From Antedon mediterranea (lineage: Eukaryota; Animalia; Echinodermata): a stretch of 64,000 nucleotides of DNA. Under the pieces are notes generated by a model. That model made no database searches. It was not told the origin of the DNA and worked only from the letters and a program-made list of their open reading frames with translations. Location of the stretch: NCBI RefSeq assembly GCF_964355755.1, contig NC_092676.1, positions 13,068,771-13,132,770 on the forward strand, read 5' to 3'. A program made the translations under genes and the position numbers. Below are positions 54,801 to 64,000 of this stretch, piece after piece. The first letter of the stretch is position 1. Each line of letters opens with the position of its first letter.

Positions 54801-57800
54801 ATGTCGATAAAACTTTTCACAAAAAAACATCAAAGTGCACAGAATAGCTTCAAATCGCATTTGGAGACGTTTTAAACCATTTTGAGCATTTCGATAAAAC
54901 TTTTCACACAAAAACATCAAAGTGTACAAAATAGCTTCAAATCGCATTTAGAGAGGTTTTAGACCATTTTGTGCATTTCGATAAAACTTTTCACACAAAA
55001 ACATCAAATTGCACAAAATAGCTTAATATCGTGTTTGAAAACGTTTTAAACCATTTTGAGCATGTCGATAAAACTTTTCACACAAAAATATCAAAGCGCA
55101 CAGAATATCTTCAAATCGCATTTAGAGACGTTTTAGACCATTTTGTGCATTTCGAAAAAATTTGTTAACATAAAAATACCAAAGTGTTTAGAATATCTCC
55201 AAATCGCATTTGGAGACGTTTTAGACCATTTTGTGCATTTCGATGAAACTTGGTTACACAAAAACATCAAAGTGCTTAAAATCACATTTAAAACCGTTTT
55301 AGAGCGTTTTGAGCATTTCGATAAACTTTTCACACAAAAACATCAAAGTGCACAAAATAGCTTCAAATCGAATTTAGAGATGTTTTAGACCATTTTGTGC
55401 ATTTCGATAAAACTTTTCACACAAAAACATCAAATTGCACAAAATAGCTTAATACCGTGTTTGAAATCGTTTTAAACCATTTTGAGCATGTCGATAAAAC
55501 TTTTCACACAAAAACATCAAAGTGTACAAAATAGCTTCAAATCGCATTTAGAGAGGTTTTAGACCATTTTGTGCATTTCGATAAAACTTTTCACACAAAA
55601 ACATCAAAGTGTACAAAATAGCTTCAAATCGCATTTGGAGACGTTTTAGACCATTTTGTGCATTTCGATGAAACTTGGTTACACAAAAACATCAAAGTGC
55701 TTAAAATTACATTTGAAAGCGTTTTAGAGCATTTTGAGCATTTCGATAATACTTTTCACACAAAAACATCAAAGTGTACAAAATAGCTTCAAATCGCATT
55801 TGGAGACGTTTTAGACCATTTTGTGCATTTCGATGAAACTTGGTTACACAAAAACATCAAAGTGCTTAAAATCACATTTGAAACCGTTTTAGACCATTTT
55901 GAGCGTTTCGATAAAACTTTTCACACAAAAACATCAAAGTGCACAAAATAGCTTCAAATCGCATTTGGAGACGTTTTAGACTATTTTGTGCATTTCGAAA
56001 AAATTTGTTAACATAAAAAGACCAAAGTGTTTAGAATATCTCCAAATCGCATTTGGAGACGTTTTAAACCATTTTGTGCATTTCGATGGAACTTGGTTAC
56101 ACAAAAACATCAAAGTGCTTAAAATCACATTTAAAACCGTTTTAGAGCATTTTGAGCATTTCGATAAAACTTTTCACACAAAAACATCAAAGTGTACAAA
56201 ATAGCTTCAAATCGCATTTAGAGACGTTTTAGACCATTTTGTGCATTTTGTTAAAACTTTTCACACAAAAACATCAAATTGCACAAAATAGCTTAATATT
56301 GTGTTTGAAAACGTTTTAAACCATTTTGAGCATGTCGATAAAACTTTTCACACAAAAATATCAAAGTGCCCAGAATATCTTCAAATCGCATTTAGAGACG
56401 TTTTAGACCATTTTGTGCATTTCGAAAAAATTTGTTAACATAAAAAGACCAAAGTGTTTAGATTATCTCCAAATCGCATTTGGAGACGTTTTAGACCATT
56501 TTGTGTTTTTCGAAAAAACTTTTCACACAAAAACATCAAAGTGTACAAAATTGCTTCAAATCGCATTTAGAGAGGTTTTAGACCATTTTGTGCATTTCGA
56601 TAAAACTTTTCACACAAAAACATCAAAGTGCACAGAATATCTTAATACCGTGTCTGAAATCGTTTTAAACCATTTTGAGCATGTCGATAAAACTTTTCAC
56701 ACAAAAACATCAAAGTGCACAGAATATCTTCAAATCGCATTTTGAGACGTTTTAGACCATTTTGTGCATTTCGAAAAAATTTGTTAACATAAAAAGACCA
56801 AAGTGTTTAGAATATCTCCAAATCGCATTTGGAGACGTTTTAGACCATTTTGTGCATTTCGATGAAACTTGGTTACACAAAAACATCAAAGTGCTTAAAA
56901 TCACATTTGAAACCGTTTTAGAGCATTTTGAGCATTTCGATAAAACTTTTCACACAAAAACATCTAAGTGTACAAAATAGCTTCAAATCACATTTGAAAC
57001 CGTTTTAGACCATTTTGAGCATTTCGATAAAACTTTTCACACAAAAACATCAAAGTGTACAGAATAGCTTCAAATCGCATTTGGAGACGTTTTAGACCAT
57101 TTTGTGCATTTCGATGAAACTTGGTTACACAAAAACATCAAAGTGCTTAAAATCACATTTGAAACCGTTTTAGAGCATTTTTAACATTTCGATAATACTT
57201 TTCACACAAAAACATCAAATTGCACAAAATAGCTTCAAATCACATTTGGAGACGTTTTAGACCATTTTGTGCATTTCGATGAAACTTGGTTACACAAAAA
57301 CATCAAAGTGCTTAAAATCACATTTGAAACCGTTTTAGAGCATTTTGAGCATTTCGATAAAACTTTTCACACAAAAAAATCAAACTGCACAAAATAGCTT
57401 CAAATCGTATTTGGAGAGGTTTTAGACCATTTTGTGCATTTCGATAAAACTTTTCACACAAAAACATCAAAGTGTACAAAATAGCTTCAAATCGCATTTA
57501 GAGACGTTTTAGACCATTTTGTGCATTTCGATAAAACTTTTCACACAAAAACATCAAATTGCACAAAATAGCTTAATATCGTGTTTGAAAACGTTTTAAA
57601 CCATTTTGAGCATGTCGATAAAACTTTTCACAAAAAAATATCAAAGTGCACAGAATATCTTCAAATCGCATTTAGAGACGTTTTAGACCATTTTGTGCAT
57701 TTCGATGAAACTTGGTTACACAAAAACATCAAAGTGCTTAAAATCACATTTAAAACCGTTTTAGAGCGTTTTGAGCATTTCGATAAACTTTTTACACAAA

Positions 57801-60800
57801 AACATCAAAGTGCACAAAATAGCTTCAAATCGCATTTAGAGATGTTTTAGACCATTTTGTGCATTTCGATAAAACTTTTCACACAAAAACATCAAATTGC
57901 ACAAAATAGCTTAATACCGTGTTTGAAATCATTTTAAACCATTTTGAGCATGTCGATAAAACTTTTCACACAAAAACATCAAAGTGCACAGAATATCTTC
58001 AAATCGCATTTAGAGACGTTTTAGACCATTTTGTGCATTTCGAAAAAATTTGTTAACATAAAAAGACCAAAGTGTTTAGAATATCTCCAAATCGCATTTG
58101 GAGACGTTTTAGACCATTTTGTGCATTTCGGTGAAACTTGGTTACACAAAAACATCAAAGTGCTTAAAATCACATTTGAAACCGTTTTAGAGCATTTTGA
58201 GCATTTCGATAAAACTTTTCACACAAAAACATCAAAGTGTACAAAATAGCTTCAAATCACATTTGAAACCGTTTTAGACCATTTTGAGCATTTCGATAAA
58301 ACTTTTCACACAAAAACATCAAAGTGTACAAAATAGCTTCAATTCGCATTTGGAGACGTTTTAGACCATTTTGTGCATTTCGATGAAACTTGGTTACACA
58401 AAAACATCAAAGTGCTTAAAATCACATTTGAAACCGTTTTAGAGCATTTTTAGCATTTCGATAATACTTTTCACACAAAAACATCAAAGTGTACAAAATA
58501 GCTTCAAATCGCATTTGGAGACGTTTTAGACCATTTTGTGCATTTCGATGAAACTTGGTTACACAAAAACATCAAAGTGCTTAAAATCACATTTGAAACC
58601 GTTTTAGACCATTTTGAGCATTTCGATAAAACTTTTCACACAAAAAAATCAAAGTGCACAAAATAGCTTCAAATCGCATTTGGGGACGTTTTAGACTATT
58701 TTGTGCATTTCGAAAAAATTTGTTAACATAAAAAGACCAAAGTGTTTAGAATATCTCCAAATCGCATTTGGAGACGTTTTAAACCATTTTGTGCATTTCG
58801 ATGGAACTTGGTTACACAAAAACATCAAAGTGCTTAAAATCACATTTAAAACCGTTTTAGAGCATTTTTAGCATTTCGATAAAACTTTTCACACAAAAAC
58901 ATCAAAGTGTACAAAATAGCTTCAAATCGCATTTGGAGACGTTTTAGACCATTTTGTGCATTTCGATGAAACTTGGTTACACAAAAACATGAAATTGCTT
59001 AAAATCACATTTGAAACCGTTTTAGACCATTTTGAGCATTTCGATAAAACTTTTCACACAAAAAAATCAAAGTGCACAAAATAGCTTCAAATCGCATTTG
59101 GAGACGTTTTAGACTATTTTGTGCATTTTGAACAAATTTGTTAACATAAAAAGACCAAAGTGTTTAGAATATCTCCAAATCGCATTTGGAGACGTTTTAA
59201 ACCATTTTGTGCATTTCGATGGAACTTGGTTACACAAAAACATCAAAGTGCTTAAAATCACATTTAAAACCGTTTTAGAGCATTTTGAGCATTTCGATAA
59301 AACTTTTCACACAAAAACATCAAATTGCACAAAATAGCTTAATACCGTGTTTGAAATCGTTTTAAACCATTTTGAGCATGTCGATAAAACTTTACACAAA
59401 AAAACATCAAAGTGCACAGAATAGCTTCAAATCGCATTTGGAGACGTTTTAAACCATTTTGTGCATTTCAATAAAACTTTTCACATAAAAACAACAAAGT
59501 GTACAAAATAGCTTCAAATCGCATTTAGAGACGTTTTAGACCATTTTGGGCATTTCGATGAAACTTGGTTACACAAATACATAAAAATGCTTAAAATCAC
59601 ATTTCAAACCGTTTTAGAGCATTTTGAGCATTTCGATAAAACTTTTCACACAAAAACATCAAAGTGCACAAAATAGCTTCAAATCGCATTTAGAGATGTT
59701 TTAGACCATTTTGTGCAATTCGATAAAACTTTTCACACAAAAACATCAAATTGCACAAAATAGCTTAATATCGTGTTTGAAAACGTTTTAGACCATTTTG
59801 AGCATGTCGATAAAACTTTTCACACAAAAACATAAAAGTGAACAGAATAGCTTCAAATCGCATTTGGAGACGTTTTAGAGCATTTTGTGCATTTCGATAA
59901 AATGTGTTAACATAAAAAGACCAAAGTGTTTAGAATATCTTCAAATCACATTTGGAGACGTTTTAGACCATTTTTTGCATTTCGATGAAACTTGGTTACA
60001 CAAAAACATCAAAGTGCTTAAAATCACATTTAAAACCGTTTTAGAGCATTTTGAGCATTTCGATAAAACTTTTCACACAAAAACATCAAAGTGTACAAAA
60101 TAGCTTCAAATCGCATTTAGAGAGGTTTTAGACAATTTTGTGCATTTCGATAAAACTTTTCACACAAAAACATCAAAGTGTACAAAATAGCTTCAAATTG
60201 CATTTAGAGACGTTTTAGACCATTTTGTGCATTTCGATAAAACTTTTCACACAAAAACATCAAATTGCACAAAATCGTTTTAAACCATTTTAAATCGTTT
60301 TAAACCATTTTGAGCATTTCGATAAAACTTTTCACAAAAAACATCAAAGTGCACAGAATAGCTTCAAATTGCATTTGGAGACGTTTTAGAGCATTTTGTG
60401 CATTTCGATAAAATGTGTTAACATAAAAAGACCAAAGTGTTTAGAATATCTTCAAATCACATTTGGAGACGTTTTAGACCATTTTTTGCATTTCGATGAA
60501 ACTTGGTTACACAAAAACATCAAAGTGCTTAAAATCACATTTGAAACCGTTTTAGAGCATTTTGAGCATTTCGATAAAACTTTTCACACAAAAACATCAA
60601 AGTGTACAAAATAGCTTCAAATCGCATTTAGAGAGGTTTTAGACCATTTTGTGCATTTCGATAAAACTTTTCACACAAAAACATCAAAGTGTACAAAATA
60701 ACTTCAAATCGTATTTAGAGACGTTTTAGACCATTTTGTGCATTTTGATAAAACTTTTCACACAAAAACATCAAATTGCACAAAATAGCTTAATATCGTG

Positions 60801-63800
60801 TTTGAAAACGTTTTAAACCATTTTGAGCATGTCGATAAAACTTTTCACACAAAAATATCAAAGTGCACAGAATATCTTCAAATCGCATTTAGAGACGTTT
60901 TAGACCATTTTGTGCATTTCGAAAAAATTTGTTAACATAAAAAGACCAAAGTGTTTAGAATATCTCCAAATCGCATTTGGAGACGTTTTAGACCATTTTG
61001 TGTTTTTCGAAAAAACTTTTCACACAAAAACATCAAAGTGTACAAAATTCCTTCAAATCGCATTTGGAGACGTTTTAGACCATTTTGTGATTTTCGAAAA
61101 ACTTTTCACACAAAAACATCAAAGTGTAGAAAATTGCTTCAAATCGCATTTAGAGATGTTTTAGACCATTTTGTGCATTTCGAAAAAATTTGTTAACATA
61201 AAAAGACCAAAGTGTTTAGAATATCTCCAAATCGCATTTGGAGACGTTTTAGACCATTTTGTGCATTTCGATGACACTTGGTTACACAAAAACATCAAAG
61301 TGCTTAAAATCACATTTAAAACCGTTTTAGAGCGTTTTGAGCATTTCGATAAACTTTTCAAACAAAAACATCAAAGTGTACAAAATAGCTTCAAATCGTA
61401 TTTGGAGACGTTTTAGACCATTTTGTGCGTTTCGATGAATCTTGGTTACACAAAAACATCAAAGTGCTTAAAATCAAATTTAAAACCGTTTTAGTGCATT
61501 TTGAGCATTTCGATAAAACTTTTCACACAAAAACATCAAAGTGCACAAAATAACTTCAAATCGCATTTAGAGATGTTTTAGACCATTTTGTGCGTTTCGA
61601 TAAAACTTTTCACACAAAAACATCAAATTGCACAAAATAGCTTAATATCGTGTTTGAAAACGTTTTAGACCATTTTGAGCATGTCGATAAAACTTTTCAC
61701 ACAAAAACATAAAAGTGCACAGAATAGCTTCAAATCGCATTTGGAGACGTTTTAGACCATTTTGTGCATTTCGAAAAAACTTTTTAACATAAAAACACCA
61801 AAGTGCTTAGAATAGCTTCAAATCGCATTTTGAGACGTTTTAGACCATTTTGTGCATTTCGATGAAACTTGGTTACACAAAAACATCAAAGTGCTTAAAA
61901 TCACATTTGAAACCGTTTTAGAGCATTTTGAGCATTTCGATAAAACTTTTCACACAAAAACATCAAAGTGTACAAAATAGCTTCAAATCAAATTTGAAAC
62001 CGTTTTAGACCATTTTGAGCATTTCGATAAAACTTTTCACACAAAAACATCAAAGTGTACAAAATAGCTTCAAATCGCATTTGGAGACGTTTTAGACCAT
62101 TTTGTGCATTTCGATGAAACTTGGTTACACAAAAACATCAAAGTGCTTAAAATCACATTTGAAACCGTTTTAGACCATTTTGAGCGTTTCGATAAAACTT
62201 TTCACACAAATAAATCAGAGTGCACAAAATAGCTTCAAATCGCATTTGGAGACGTTTTAGACTATTTTGTGCATTTCGAAAAAATTTGTTAACATAAAAA
62301 GACCAAAGTGTTTAGAATATCTCCAAATCGCATTTGGAGACGTTTTAAACCATTTTGTGCATTTCGATGGAACTTGGTTACACAAAAACATCAAAGTGCT
62401 TAAAATCACATTTAAAACCGTTTTAGAGCATTTTGAGCATTTCGATAAAACTTTTCACACAAAAACATCAAAGTGTACAAAATAGCTTCAAATCGCATTT
62501 AGAGACGTTTTAGACCATTTTGTGCATTTTGATAAAACTTTTCACACAAAAACATCAAATTGCACAAAATAGCTTAATATTGTGTTTGAAAACGTTTTAA
62601 ACCATTTTGAGCATGTCGATAAAACTTTTCACACAAAAATATCAAAGTGCCCAGAATATCTTCAAATCGCATTTAGAGACGTTTTAGACCATTTTGTGCA
62701 TTTCGAAAAAATTTGTTAACATAAAAAGACCAAAGTGTTTAGATTATCTCCAAATCGCATTTGGAGACGTTTTAGACCATTTTGTGTTTTTCGAAAAAAC
62801 TTTTCACACAAAAACATCAAAGTGTACAAAATTGCTTCAAATCGCATTTAGAGAGGTTTTAGACCATTTTGTGCATTTCGATAAAACTTTTCACACAAAA
62901 ACATCAAAGTGCACAGAATATCTTAATACCGTGTCTGAAATCGTTTTAAACCATTTTGAGCATGTCGATAAAACTTTTCACACAAAAACATCAAAGTGCA
63001 CAGAATATCTTCAAATCGCATTTAGAGACGTTTTAGACCATTTTGTGCATTTCGAAAAAATTTGTTAACATAAAAAGACCAAAGTGTTTAGAATATCTCC
63101 AAATCGCATTTGGAGACGTTTTAGACCATTTTGTGCATTTCGATGAAACTTGGTTACACAAAAACATCAAAGTGCTTAAAATCACATTTGAAACCGTTTT
63201 AGAGCATTTTGGGCATTTCGATAAAACTTTTCACACAAAAACATCAAAGTGTACAAAATAGCTTCAAATCACATTTGAAACCGTTTTAGACCATTTTGAG
63301 CATTTCGATAAAACTTTTCACACAAAAACATCAAAGTGTATAGAATAGCTTCAAATCGCATTTGGAGACGTTTTAGACCATTTTGTGCATTTCGATGAAA
63401 CTTGGTTACACAAAAACATCAAAGTGCTTAAAATCACATTTGAAACCGTTTTAGAGCATTTTTAACATTTCGATAATACTTTTCACACAAAAACATCAAA
63501 GTGTACAAAATAGCTTCAAATCGCATTTGGAGACGTTTTAGACCATTTTGTGCATTTCGATGAAACTTGGTAACACAAAAACATCAAAGTGCTTAAAATC
63601 ACATTTGAAACCGTTTTAGAGCATTTTGAGCATTTCGATAAAACTTTTCACACAAAAAAATCAAAGTGCACAAAATAGCTTCAAATCGCATTTGGAGAGG
63701 TTTTAGACCATATTGTGCATTTCGTTAAAACTTTTCACACAAAAACATCAAAGTGTACAAAATAGCTTCAAATCGCATTTAGAGACGTTTTAGACCATTT

Positions 63801-64000
63801 TGTGCATTTCGATGAAACTTGGTTACACAAAAACATCAAAGTGCTTAAAATCACATTTAAAACCGTTTTAGAGCGTTTTGAGCATTTCGATAAACTTTTT
63901 ACACAAAAACATCAAAGTGCACAAAATAGCTTCAAATCGCATTTAGAGATGTTTTAGACCATTTTTTGCATTTCGATAAAATTTTTCACACAAAAACATC

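Larger units (their letters stand above)
1..64000. repeat. Tandem satellite DNA array, ~87-bp monomer (78-88 bp variants), single orientation, extends beyond both window edges; probable centromeric/pericentromeric satellite
   Basis: Consensus TTTTCACACAAAAACATCAAAGTGTACAAAATAGCTTCAAATCGCATTTAGAGACGTTTTAGACCATTTTGTGCATTTCGATAAAAC restarts at 1, 88, 175, 262 and 349, and continues to the last base with no unique sequence. Satellite call is direct; centromeric location is inference. Confidence 0.98.

Noticed and set aside
1523-63261. Dozens of near-identical 61-147 aa ORFs on both strands (MCISKKFVNIKRPK..., MRFEAIL...)
   Set aside because: These are satellite artefacts. The 87- and 78-bp units are multiples of 3, the plus-strand starts are merely GTG inside ttttgtgc, most monomers carry a TAG (aatagc), and 86/88-bp units shift frame freely. 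No recognisable domain is present.
1-64000. CRISPR-like array (hairpin-containing repeats at regular spacing)
   Set aside because: The intervening sequences are themselves repeated homologous variants, with no unique spacers, leader or cas genes.
1-64000. Embedded transposon, inversion or telomeric repeat
   Set aside because: I saw no non-satellite segment longer than ~15 bp and no strand switch when reading through the window.
1-64000. Assignment to a named satellite (alpha satellite, CEN178, Drosophila 1.688) or to a species
   Set aside because: The dimer length (165-175 bp) is similar to some of these, but I recognise no real sequence homology; a database search is needed.

Overview
The whole 64 kb window is one uninterrupted head-to-tail tandem satellite array. 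It has an AT-rich (~31% GC in the consensus) 87-bp basic monomer, roughly 750 copies, all in one orientation. I see no genes, transposons, RNA genes or CRISPR spacers, and all listed ORFs are by-products of the repeat. The array uses a small set of monomer types: A (87 bp), B (87 bp), C (88 bp, GTTAAC), D (78 bp, 10-bp deletion), plus rarer variants. These are ordered by local rules such as B-A-C-D and A-D. They are not arranged in one fixed higher-order repeat. Instead, 1.5-5 kb blocks recur at unrelated distances, overlaid by recent local tandem duplications (676, 1096, 1698 and 2027 bp). The monomer has ~10-bp phased A/T tracts, a 17-bp internal inverted repeat, and a small hairpin that is kept across several monomer types. 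This is most consistent with a eukaryotic centromeric or pericentromeric satellite (inference). I cannot identify the organism or a named family. Block boundaries were estimated by eye.
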